Assembly: GCA_030141605.1 (NCBI GenBank)
Contig: JAQGDQ010000094.1
Coordinates: forward strand, 434,001-498,000
DNA from: Tubiluchus corallicola
Lineage: Eukaryota; Animalia; Priapulida
Reading direction: 5' to 3'
DNA: 64,000 nucleotides
The position numbers were made by a program, and so were the translations under genes. Below the pieces are notes generated by a model. That model ran no database searches. It saw nothing but the letters and a program-made list of their open reading frames with translations, and was not told where the DNA came from. Below, piece after piece: positions 46,140-59,234 of the stretch (position 1 is its first letter; the number at the start of each line of letters is the position of its first letter).

Positions 46140-46461
46140 ATTCCAGATTCTTCCTACCTGTTTACACCAATTGTTCTTGCGGTCTTCTTATTTTTCCAGT
46201 AAAAAACTAGCCCCTCAAAATCACGTGACAATGCACACCGTTGTGTACTTTACCTCCGCAAGGGTTTCTGGTTCGGCAACGCTACTGCCCTCTTGTGGAC
46301 ATCTTCATTAAACTTTGCTTACTTGTTTATGTGTATTACTTCTACGTTTTTTTTATAGTTGCAATGATTGTGTGTTTTGTACAATAACCACACAACAATA
46401 AAAAGTTTTAGTGTTTTACCTGAAGTACTGGTATCGGATATGGTCTGACAAATAGTTTAGT
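46140..46461. promoter_or_regulatory. Probable bidirectional promoter shared by AS3MT (-) and PPM1H-like (+)
   Basis: The AS3MT ATG exon has an acceptor 8 nt upstream of the ATG (exon starts 45043), implying a non-coding first exon. Minus-strand donors occur at 46139 (gtaagt) and 46157 (cag|gtagga), and the PPM1H ATG is at 46462. The interval is CpG-containing and holds TCACGTGACAATGCACAC (46221-46238) and a CTCF-like site (46284-46298). Confidence 0.6.
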
Positions 46462-49400
46462 ATGTTCCGTCCGTTCAAGCATGTCTGGAGTAGTGTCGTT
46501 TGGTCTTTTGGAAGAGGTGGGGCGAAGGAAGATAATGAAGGCTTGGTATCAAAATTTGAATACGGCCGCCCGGCTTTTCTCGGACTTAGTGCTGACGAGC
46601 TGCAAGTTGCTGCTGACCACTCCTTTCGGGCAATTATTGTTCCAAGAGAAATCAGTCGTTTACCATGGAATGCTGGTTATGCTGAGTATGTGTTTGAAAA
46701 AAATATTACTAATCGCAAATACACGTGTAAATAAGCACAAAGACAATTAATAAGACAGTTACACTGATTAGCTAACAAGAAAAGTCCCCGTTAAAGCATT
46801 TGAATGAGAAAATATAGATTCCATTGCAGTTGTTCACAGAAAAATATGTTACGCACCATCGTGCTGAGCAAACCCTGATTTCTGTCTCTTGCACCAATCT
46901 CTCGTCCACTTAGTGGCTATACACTATATTGGATATGCTAGTTTGGTATCGTCAGCAAACTTGAGTAGCCGACTAACTACATTATCATCCATGTCATCTA
47001 TGAAGATGAAAAATAACAGGGGTCTGAGGACACTTCCTTGTGGCACTCCTGATTGAACTGGGACTGTAGATGAGGCACAACCCTTGATTTCGACATATTG
47101 GAATCTGTCACTTAGCCATACCTTTATCCAGTTATGCAGTTGTGCTTGAATACCATACATGCCTCAAGTTTAAGCAGCAATCTTCTATGTGGGACTTTGT
47201 CAAATGCTTTCGCCAAGTCTAGGTATACTATATCAAGAGAACTAGTGTGATCCGATGTGGAAAATACATGTTCAAAAAACTCCAGTAAATTACTTGTCAC
47301 TAACCGTTTCCTGAGAAACCCATGTTGAGATCTTTTAAAATAATTGTTAGATTGCAAATAGACAAGTATTGCATTGACTACATGCCTCTCCAGCAGTTTG
47401 CCAACAGTACTGGTAATTGCAACTGGCCTATAGTTTCCAGGTTTATTTTTAGGTCCCTTTTTATGAATGATACTAATGCGAGATAACTTCCAATTACTGG
47501 GAACGTCACCCGTAGCTAAAGACTCTCTGAAGATTAATGTCAGTGGCTTGACCAGCAAATCAGCAGCCTTAACCAGTTTTTTTGGGTGAATTAAATCTGG
47601 TCATGCTGGTGCATTGGTTCTAGGTCCAAATAACAATTTGTGTACATCATGCTGAGTTATGGTAACATTACATAAAACTCCACCCCCTTCTAGGTACTAG
47701 GTAAATTAGTCAGTTTCTCTGTAATAGAAACACTCTGGAACTGGATATTTAGAATTTCCGCCATTAGTCATGGGGCAGATGTTGTTTCATTGAAAGCAGT
47801 AGTAAGTGGACCAACCTTAGGACGACTTGTTTTGTTTGCAATAACATACAGCCAGAAAGAGCATGCATCATCTTTGATATTTAAGGCTAGCTTGGTTTCA
47901 AAGTTTCGTTCAGCACATCGTATAGTCGCTTAAGTCAGCTTTGCCTGTCTCTTGTACGTCAAAAGGTCTTGATAATCAAGTGTTTGTTTATAGACTGTGT
48001 ACAAATGCTGTTTATTCCTAACAGCTTTGTTGCAATTATAATTAAACCAAAGAGGTCTGCTACCATTACTGGAGCTATATTTGGGTACATATTTATGAAT
48101 AGACTTGTGCATTCTGTCTTTAAAAAGATTCCAACACATGTAAACGTCACCCGAATGAAACAGGTGATCCCACGGGATCGATATCATTATAGTAGCAATA
48201 GATTCAAAATTGGCTTTGTGAAAATTGAAACCAGAATTTAGTGGCTTCTTAAGAGATAACTGCACTACAGTTTGCCAAGATATAACTGCATGATCTGATG
48301 TGCCAAATTCCTCTCCAGCCTCTAGGTTTTGTACAAACAACTCACCCGGTACTAGTACTATATCAAGGGTAGTAAAGCCTCTTGTGGGGTCAACCACTAT
48401 TTGATTAACGAAACGTTGTTGTGTAACATTAAGAAATATACTAAAATTAGCATCCACCTTCAAAATAGACCAGTTTGTATTTGGAAGATTAAAGCCACCA
48501 CAAAATAAAATTGGGTGAGCCAACAGCAGCAATATCATGTATAAATTTAAATAAAAAGGAATCATTTTTAAATTAATGTTGATTTATAAAACCTTTGTTA
48601 ATTTAACTAACATCTATTTGACTTATTAAAAGTTATGGTACAAAATATATGCACGAAAATTAGTAACCAAACATTACCACCAACAACTAGTAAAATACAA
48701 GTAGAAGATATATGGGTAAACATAAAAACATCAAACAATAAACCATCAATTATATTTGGAACTATCTATTGACATCCTAATAAGTCAGTAAAACATTTCC
48801 ATGAAGAATTGGAGAACATTCTAAGAAAATTAATTCCAGCAGCAAACAAGCTTATATCTGTGGAGACTTAAATATGAACTTGATACAGCATGAAGAGATA
48901 TCATCTGTTTCCAATTGTCTTAACATGTTATAAGAACATAGATTTCATCCGGTTTTCACTCAACCTACTCGTTTAACTTCCAATTGCCAGACTCTTATAG
49001 ACCACATTTATACTAACAATATTCATTATCCCTTGATTACTGACATAATATTACATGAAGTTGCAGATCATCTAGCTATCTTTGCAATAGCTAATTCAGC
49101 ATATATCAGCAAAACACTCACAAAAGTTAAGAAAAGAGACACACACCATTCCATTCTTCATAATTTTTTCGATAATCTTCAACTCTCAGTAACAGGTATT
49201 GACGCCCTTGATCCTTATGACAATAATGTAGCCTTCGCCTCATTCCTAGAAACCTTTAGACAAATGCTTGACAAACGTGCACCCACCTGATCTTTAACCT
49301 TAAAAAAGAAACTCTTTTCTTTTGTAAACCTTGGATCACCACAGGTATCCTTAAATCTATTAAAACCAAAAGTAAACTGTATCGTTCGCACAAATTGTTT

Positions 49401-52400
49401 AAATTTGAATATAAAAATTTTTTATGAAGCTTACTCAAATACTTCAAATTAAGCTCAAAAAGAAAGTATTATGATAATCTCTTGCAAGTGAACAAGAACA
49501 ATGTTAAAAAAACATGGTGTACTAGTGTATTAAAAGTAAAAAATAAAAAGCATATCATTCCCTCTAAAATTGATATCAATGGTAGACTAATTGGTGATCC
49601 TTATGATATAGCCAACTGTTTCAATTGTTATTTTCAATCAACAGGTACAAATATGGCTAAAAAACTCCACCTGCAAACTCTAGTTACCTTACATACCTAA
49701 ATAAGTCCAACAATTCACTTTCTTCTACCCTGTCTCTCAAGAAGAAGTAAGCACAGCACTACATAAATTAGACATAAATAAGGCACTGGGTCCTGAAAAT
49801 ATCCCTGTTAAATTTTATCAGCTGGTAAGTCCTGTGATTACTCCTATTTTAACACAACTAAGTAATATGCCCATTGCACAACGCAGCTTCCCCAACTGTT
49901 TAAAAAATTTCCAAGGTTACACCTCTTTATAAAACTGATTCCCCACTCACTCCAACTAATTATAGACCTATATCTATCCGTTCACCAATATCTAAAGTAT
50001 CTGAGCATATTATTTATGACCGACTAAATAATTTTTTTACTCTACACAATATAACTAAATTTCAGCTTGGCTTCATCGACTGCATTTTCTACAGCAGGTT
50101 TCATTGAGAGCATGCTAAGCATACTTGACAACAAGTCTATTACATGTAGGACATTTCTTGACTTGTCAAAGGCCTTTGACACTGTTCAACATGACATTCT
50201 CCTCAATAAACTCAGGCACTATGGAATTTGTGGGCCTATCTTGGAATTAATCACATCATGCCTTTCAAACCACAAGAAATACACCAGCATTCACAACTCA
50301 AATTCAGATCTTCTTGAACGTGGTGTTCCTCAAGGTTCAATTCTTAGCCCTCTCCTATTTTTAATATACATTAATGACTTACAGTTTTCTTCCAATTTTA
50401 ACACTCACCTGTTTGCAGATGACACGAGCCTCTTTCTAACTGACACTAAACTGGTATGACTTCAAAATAGACTGTCCAAAATTGACAACGGGATGAAAGC
50501 TAATAAATTATCTATAAATTACAGTAAAACTAAATTTATGTTATTTCCTAAGAACCTGTCTTTAACTGAAACTTCAGCATTTAAAATTCAAATTAGAAAG
50601 AATAATATAATCTCAAACAACATGCATAAAATATCTAGGTATCAACATAGATAATGACTTAAAATGGTGCATACACATCAGTACAATAACTTCAAAATTG
50701 AATAGGACTGCAGGTGTCTTTTCGAAATTGCGACATTCTATCAATGCACATACTCTTAAAATGGTCTACTACATGTTAATATATCCTTATCTTCAATATT
50801 GCATCCTTTCATGGCATAACCCAAACCAAAACATTCTCCAACCTCTAATCTCAGTACAAAACAAAATAGTAGAATTTGATACTTTTGCACATTACCGTGA
50901 TCATGCAACACCTTCATATGCTAAACTGCACATACTAAATATTCAAGACATTTACAAGCTGGAATTATTCAAAATAATGCACAACTTCAGTAACAACTCT
51001 TTTCCTGACCTATACACTAACTATTACACCAAGATTCAAGACATCCACACTTACAGCACAAGATCTGCTACAAGGGGTCATTATTACCAACCTAGATTGA
51101 ATACATCACATGGATTAAAAGCACTACAACATACAGGCACTAAATTGTGGAACTCCTTTCCACAAGATATATCGACAATACCATCTCTGACCACAGCCGT
51201 GAAAATTTTAAATACTACATGCGAACAATGTATCATACAAATTAGACATCCTTTTACCTTCAATGTCTTTGTTCTTTTTCTCCTCCTAGACTCTCCAATT
51301 TTTCTACCTGGTAATTACTTAGCTTTCTTCTTTGTTATCCATTTAAATTCTTTTTTCCTAGACTAACGTGTGTGTCTTTTCACCATTTTTTAATTTTTTT
51401 CTATAAGTGTGGCTTTTCTTAGTACTACTTAATATAATACAAATAACTGTTACTTACATTTCATTCTCATCAATACCCGAAACTAAACAAAATCTTCTTG
51501 TTTTCAACCAAACCATTTATTTCAAGCAGTAGTACATTGAAGATTACTATTTTCTTATACCTTAGTTTTTGTGACACCTTTGTGATTGTGTTTACTGATC
51601 GCAAAACATAATTTTCCTTGCCCCCCGTTATCATCCATCTTATTCCAAAAATTATTCATAACGATTAACATGCATTTGAATTATATAATAAGCCTATAAA
51701 AATATATTAATATTATTTTTCTAGTGATGACCTGTTTTACTTTGAGCCAAGCTACTAAAAACTAAATTCTGTAAACTAACAGTATATAAGGCAGACTCCT
51801 GTAGTCGTACACTGCCCTCACATGTTCTTCTGTTATACATAGTTTCATTAATGGCTAATATGTATTCTATCACATGTGTGAAATAACTATGTCTTATATC
51901 TTATATTTGTTGCAGGGTGATAAACTCTGGAAAATCAGTGAGAAATGAGGATCAAGCAGCTTGCGAAGTCTTTCAACTTGTTGATCCTGATGAGCTTCCA
52001 TCTGCCACATCAAAGGGCAGAGTAGGGTCTAAGACAGGAAATGTGGGGCTTGATCCTGATGCATTTGCTAAACAGTTACTTTCCACAACAGCAGTATGTG
52101 TTTTTAACCTTATATTGTAAGCAGTTTAAGTTATACGCATATATAATGAACATGTACAATTCGACAAAACAGTGCTTATTAATGATAAACATTATCAGAA
52201 TTTGCTGACTTTGCTTATTTCACACGTTTAAGTTGTTGGAAGTGTTGCTAACAGTTTAGGCAATGTGGTGTGTTATTTATTTTGAGTGCATATTTCTTCT
52301 ACAGTACATGCCGCTAGTTTCTAAGGAAATGTAAAATTTACATTTTCATATTACTATTACTAATATTCGTAATAGAACTATGCAGTTACATGCCCCATTC

Positions 52401-55400
52401 CACAATATGCTCTTTTAATGTTTATTACAAAGAACATTATGAGTGCTGTCATTATCTGAATTAAGCAACAATTTGATTCTGATGGCATGGTTGACAGTTA
52501 GATTCTTGTAAATATTGAGTAGGCGGATGTCTAAATTTAGAAATGATAAACTTGCGCTTAAGATGGTGATGATAATCAATCTTGGAATTCTGTATATGTA
52601 GGATCACGAGGAGAGAAAAGTAGCATACTTTGCGGTATTTGATGGTCACGCTGGTTCCGGGGCGTCTGTCTTTGCATCTCGATTGCTTCATTTTCATTTA
52701 CAAGTATGTCAAATTCACTTTATAATATTTAATAACTATCCTGTAAAAAGAGAAGTCATCAGCTAAAAACTGGAAGTGCAAGATTTAAGGAAAAGTTTTT
52801 CTTTTTAAGTTATTCTTGGCAGTACATTATGACATTCTGTTGCTGAGTTTTTGCATGTGCATCAAATAACATGCATGTTAGCAATTGCTCCTAATTTTTT
52901 GCATGATAATTGTACACGGACGCTAAAGGCAAAACAGGAAAAAATGTGGTAAACAAAGAATGCAATTTAACAAACGTTAGGTGATTTCTTATATGATAAT
53001 TAGTCTTAATTATCTGTATCATCATTAGACACGGAAAACTTACCAAGCAAATCACATAATCAATGCAGATTCTGATTATATCTGTATAATTTATCTGTAT
53101 CATATACGTGTTTTGTATAATATACGTTTATCTGTATAATATACGTCTTTTAAAATTTTCCAACTGCTGACTTTCCAACGTTGGCAAAAGTTAAGTGGGA
53201 ATATATCTGAACAAAATTTGAATGTCAAAAATTTTTAACTTTAGATTTTGCATGTTTATAAATTCATCTCTAAGCCAAATTATGACATTGGATCAAACAT
53301 AACAATTAGTTGACCTACACCATCACCGATGCTCAGTCTTAAAATACGGTAATGTTAACTTTTTTATTACTAATTAACTGTATTAATGCTGCTACTTATC
53401 AATTTGTAAACATTTTCAGGAGAAATTGAGTATTGCCCAAGAGTTACTGTATAAGCGTCTACAGAATGGGGATGTCATATGTGACGAGATGATAAAAGAC
53501 ATGAATAGGTTGTTTCCGGACATTAAACACATCAGCACAGATGAACTTGTAATAGGTGCCTTAGAACGTGCTTTCCAGGACATGGTATATTATGCATTTA
53601 TAAGCAAATTATTAACAACTTATGACGAGTTAAATGTTACTAGTGCTTTTTCCAATGACTTGCCTTTTTAAAAAATGTAAACATGCTTTGAAACGTCACC
53701 AGTGCATCCAACTGGCAACTTAATACTGAAAATTACTTAAACACTCAATTGAAATAATCCAAAATATAGGAATCGCTGGTAAGTGTCTTATGAAATAATA
53801 TGCATTACTATGGTTTTTGAATATATACGTGTGTTAAGCAATGAAAGTTTGCTCTTTAATTATATGTACTGCTGACTGTTGGTGTGGTTTATTTTGTACA
53901 TATAGTCATGTGTGTATATTGCCACAGAATTCTTTGCCAATTCATAATGGTTAGTAATTTCTTTTCTCATTTCTCTCAGGACGTACAGATTGGTGTAGAG
54001 CGTCATGTGTACAAGATTTCCGGAGGATGCACCGTAATCGTTGCCATCTTTTTTCTTGGCAAATTGTATGTGGCAAATGCCGGTGACTGTCGGGCAGTGC
54101 TGGTGCATGCTGGGAAGACCCAGCAATTGTCACGAGATCACTCTCCAGAAGCTGAACGTCAGCGCTTGCAATATCTGGTACTGTACTGTACCTCTCATTG
54201 CCTTTGCTAAAGAATTCCTATTTCATTACACTAAGAAAATCTCTTAAAACGTGTCTCATTTTGTGACTTGAAGTCACACTAAACCTTCGCTATAATATAA
54301 ACTTTTAAAACTTAAAATCCTACTTTCATTCCGACCATTCAATTAATTTTATTATAAACTTGCTGTAAAAGTTGTTTCTTTTGATTTTTTACCACTTCAT
54401 TGTTAGCGGTATTAAATTTGAAGAACTGCCATTTTTCATTGCGCGAGATGAAGGATGTTATGAGTACAGTCATGAGGTCACCAAAGATCAGTAAAAACAC
54501 AAATCGGTAACCAAAGACGCTTTCTGTACAACGTACATCATTCTCGCTCACTCGCGCCAAAGACGCGAAACACGGCCATCCTTACGGCATGCATGCATTC
54601 AAAATTTGCCAGAAAAGGTAAGTTATTTAATAGATATGTCTCTTTTGTTTAGTAATAACTATGAATGCTTTGTGTAATCATAATAAAGTGTTAAAATCTT
54701 CCGTGTCTGTTGGGGTTATATTACTTAAAGAAACAGCCAACGGTGCAAACCCTCAGTTGTATTTTAATATAAACTTCTAAAAATATTGAAATTACTACGT
54801 AATATACGCCCATTAAGTAACTTGCTTAAAAATGCAAAGAAATTAAATCATTTGTGTCTCCTGCCAAGCAAGTCTTGCTGCAGGCATATTGGAAAAGAAT
54901 GACATAAAACTGGTAGGAAGTATGAAGGACGCATTGTGGGTAACATAGTGGGCAGCTAGATTCATCAAGAAGCTGAAAATGGTATTATTAATCTCTCATT
55001 TAACATATTGGATTGTTTGTAGTTCGTAATAGTAGCTGCAGTTGCAAAAAAGTTTCCTGCAGCACCTTGCGAGATAGGTGTTTATATTGCATAGAAACCA
55101 GATGGCTTCATTTTTTGTTTTGGGACTTTATATTGGCTTTACTAATTACGCAAGGTGGTTATCACGATTTTACTGCTGAAACTTTCTAACATCTTTCTCA
55201 AAATAAGCTTGACTTCTCAATAGATCTGTCTTTTGCTTTAAACAACTGAGTGGCTAAATTACATAGCTGCGCAGTTGACTAATATTTATTTTACCAAGTT
55301 AATAACTGCTAAATGGGTTGGTTACATTCTTAATTCCTGAACAGCTAATTGATATTTATTGGGCACAATTGTAAGTAAGTAACAAAGTATTAATATGTCA

Positions 55401-57022
55401 GTATTAGTATTAGTTAAGCAGCTGTAAGTTCATCAACTAAGCTGTTATTAGTAGTAAGTCTCTGCCATGTGATGGCTTATCATCATTGAATTACTAACAC
55501 AAATGTCAGCTTTTTGTTGTCTGTCGGACTAAATATGCCTACCTTTGCTTGTCAAGTCGTTTTCTATGTGTTCAATTTTTCAATGAAATATGTAGTTGTT
55601 TTGATATTTATAGGTAAGTCTGCATGTCACAAGTTCTTATAATTCTCTAAGTAATGAACAATGAGAAGACAGCTAACAACAACCAACACCATGCCATACC
55701 ACCCACACCACACCACCAAACCCACATTATGCCACTTAACCCACATTAACCCAACACAAAGCCACGTCCACCACAACAATAACACCATGCTACACCTACC
55801 ACAACAACCACACCATGCCACCCACTCACACCACCCACACCAAAGTACCCATACCACACCACTCACCCACACTACATCACACCATCCATCACATCACCCA
55901 CCACACCCACCATCCACAGCACAGTTACCCCACGCACTATATTGTACCACACCAAATCCAACACATCACAGTGATTATGATGATGACATTGATGACCACC
56001 CACCACAATATACCACACCCACCGTCGAGACCACACTACACCACAAGACCACACCATGCCACAACAACCACACCACACCACCCACGCCAAAATACCCATA
56101 CCATGCCACACCACCACACCACACAACACTATCCGCAGCACGCTCACCACACTCACCACATCACATGGTGATCATGATGATGATGACGACAACGATGACG
56201 ACACTACAGCACCAACACCAACAAACAGCATCACAACAAAACCATTTAAAACATTTTGCACAAAGTCAAAACGGTGTGCTGTAATAAATGCTCTTAGTCT
56301 GTCTACCAATAATCAGTAATGCACGGATGTTCTATTTAGTTTTGCTTATTGCTTCTCAAATGATGATAAGCTAACAGAATATACTTACATGTAAAATCTA
56401 TAACCCTGTAGAACGACTGGTGAAGACAATGCCTGGAGCAGCTCATAATTTCTCAAACTCTAAGACAGTGAATGTTCTAAATAGCAGGCAGCACAGGGGG
56501 TAGAACAAGAACTTCAAAATACACCCCTCCTATTTCGTCCAGTTTACATCTCCCCTAGTGAAACCTCCAGCACCTTGTAGACTGTTTTGTTCTCTTTCTG
56601 CGAGTGTGCATATTTTTTCCCAACGTGTCCAAACAGTTGCACGAATCCAGTTTTTCTTGAGGCTGTTTGTGCAGTTTTCTGCAAAATTTGAATGGTTGAG
56701 TCCGGGAAAACACCCGTTACGAGACTTTATAGCCATCTCGCGAATTCTAAATATGCCTATAACACTCACCGTTGAACGGGCTATCTAACTATTACCAGCA
56801 ACACCCCCGGCCCAGTTCCGATTTCTAGAAATAAGAGGTATAAATTTGCAAAAATGAGCAAAAAGGGCCATTTTTGAAGGCTTAGCCCTCCTCCACCCAT
56901 TCCTCCCGATGTGTCCGATTAGAAAAAATAAACACCCGGGTGCTAACCTGTGGATGGAGACCTTCCGTTTGACGTATAGATCACTGAAAATGGTGCCATC
57001 ATCGGAGATGTAGCCTCTTCGG

Positions 57023-57068
<46 letters not shown>

Positions 57069-59163
57069 GCCACCGAAATTAATATATCAGATGAAATAGG
57101 CAGAAAGAAGGCTTTAAATTGTATAAATTGGCCTCAAGCAACTCTCGGTATGTTATTAAAGATTCAGTAGCTTCTGTTAGTTCATTAGCAAGCATTTACC
57201 AATGTGAACACATTTCCATTTTTTGTGTGATGGCTGAAGTGTCTTTGTTTTTACAGGCATGGTTAAAGCCACACCTGCTAGGTAATGATTTCTGTCATCT
57301 GGAGTTTCAACGCCGTCTAACTCGTGAGGACGTCGGACGGCAAGTTCTGTACAGGGATCAGAATATGACAGGATGGTAAGCCAAAATTTTATAACGAGTT
57401 TTCCCAACTTGAAAATGGCATTTAATATCATGTTGTGGCAGACTGGCAGCTGCACTGTCTTATTCTGTCACAGTATGTGTATGTTCTCTTTGTTAGGCAG
57501 ATATAAACTGTTTCATTTATAGCTCCTTTTTATTTATCAAAGTTATTAAATTTCCATTTTCTTTTTCCATTCTCTTTGTCATTAGTCAAGCTGATCATTA
57601 AGTTTGAAAAATTCGTTTCTTAAGGCTAGTTAAATGAAGTTTCTGCTTTTGTCAACGTTTGTACATCTTGTGCATATTGTAGCACCATAATCAGAAGTGT
57701 ATGTATGAAAATTACTCAAATTGTAAATGGGCTTCATAATTTTAGTACTTTTCTACGATTTGACACCTTAGTAACAGCTCTCATATCGTAGGCCTTTGTT
57801 GTTGGTTGTAGCTGGACTGGTACCTAACTCTTTTTCAACAATAATATGAATTGAAGTACTGGCCTGGCAGAGGTGTCTTAGCAATGTTTGCATTAATGTT
57901 TTTCCTTAATGCGATAAATAGCTCAAGGCAGAATGGTAGATTAAACCACACAGAAATGATGAAGAAGTGGCCACCCATCCAGTTAGCAGCCAAACCAGTC
58001 ATTGTCTAATTTCGGTTGATGAGTATACACCATGATGTCTCAGCTGTTCCTTCACCTCACCAAACTGTTTTATTTTGCATAACTTCATTTTGTGGGATAA
58101 ATATCATTTTGGTTGCTGAAAGTTTAAAAAAGATATTAAGTTTTATAACATTAAAAGAAAAGAGAAAAATTTCACTGTATCATGGGTGGCATAACTGAAT
58201 AAATGCAGCTATCCTGTACTATTCTTGTACTATAATTCTCTTAGGACTGGAAAGCTGTAAAATTCATTTAAATAAGGCAGTTATTCATTTAAACAAGACA
58301 TGAAAATGATCTGAGATCAAACAGTTTTAATATATCATAATTGATCATGTCTGCTGCTAGCTTATGTTTTCTTAGTTTTCCCAATTTAACTTTCCCACTT
58401 TTTATTTTTACTGGTTGTGATATCAGTAACAGCGCCTCAACAAACCCTGAAGCTAATGTTGTGTGAGTAAGGTAAAACCTTTTCCCTCGCTTTGTGGTAG
58501 TAAAGAATGCAGCATGCTTCTAATTTTGCTCCTTGGTATCACCGTGCCATATGTTACATGTGTGCATCACGTGGCTTTGGCATTCAGTCTTGAGAGAAAT
58601 CTTTAGTTTTGCTATCTGTTAATAACTTGAAGAAAGTATGTGCTTTTGTCGGCACATTGTGTGTTTTCTAGTTGCAGACTGTATATAATATTGACAAAAC
58701 AATAGTGATTTTTGAGTTTTTGACCAAAAAAATGCTATCAAATTTTTCAGAAATGATTGAGTAATGTCTTTTAACAAGTGGCAACATTCTGATTTGGTTG
58801 GGCGTGTATTTGTGTGAGTGTGTCCATGACTCACTGTTATACTAGCTACTATAAATAAGTAATGTGGCCACCATGCTTTGTTATTATATGCCAAAAAGAT
58901 TAGTGACTAATTAATCAGCTTCCTGGTTGTTAGTCCAAAAGTTAGTTCACCTGGTTAGCTAGTTAGTTGGTTAGTTGCCCACCTCATTGGTTATCTAAAA
59001 AATGACAAATCAAATAATGTCCAAATCAGACCACTAACTAAACTACAGTGCTTGTTTGACTCGCTGCCTGGCTGACTAATTGCCTGACTGACTGACTCAC
59101 TGACTGAGTGATTGATTGACTGACGGAAAGGTAGGGAAACAAAAAGAGGGAGGGAGAGAGAGG

Positions 59164-59234
<71 letters not shown>

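Noticed and set aside
55661-56284. 207-aa His/Thr/Pro-rich ORF (possible metal-binding protein next to an arsenic gene)
   Set aside because: Arises from a CAC-rich simple repeat open in several frames on both strands; intronic, with no splice or promoter support.
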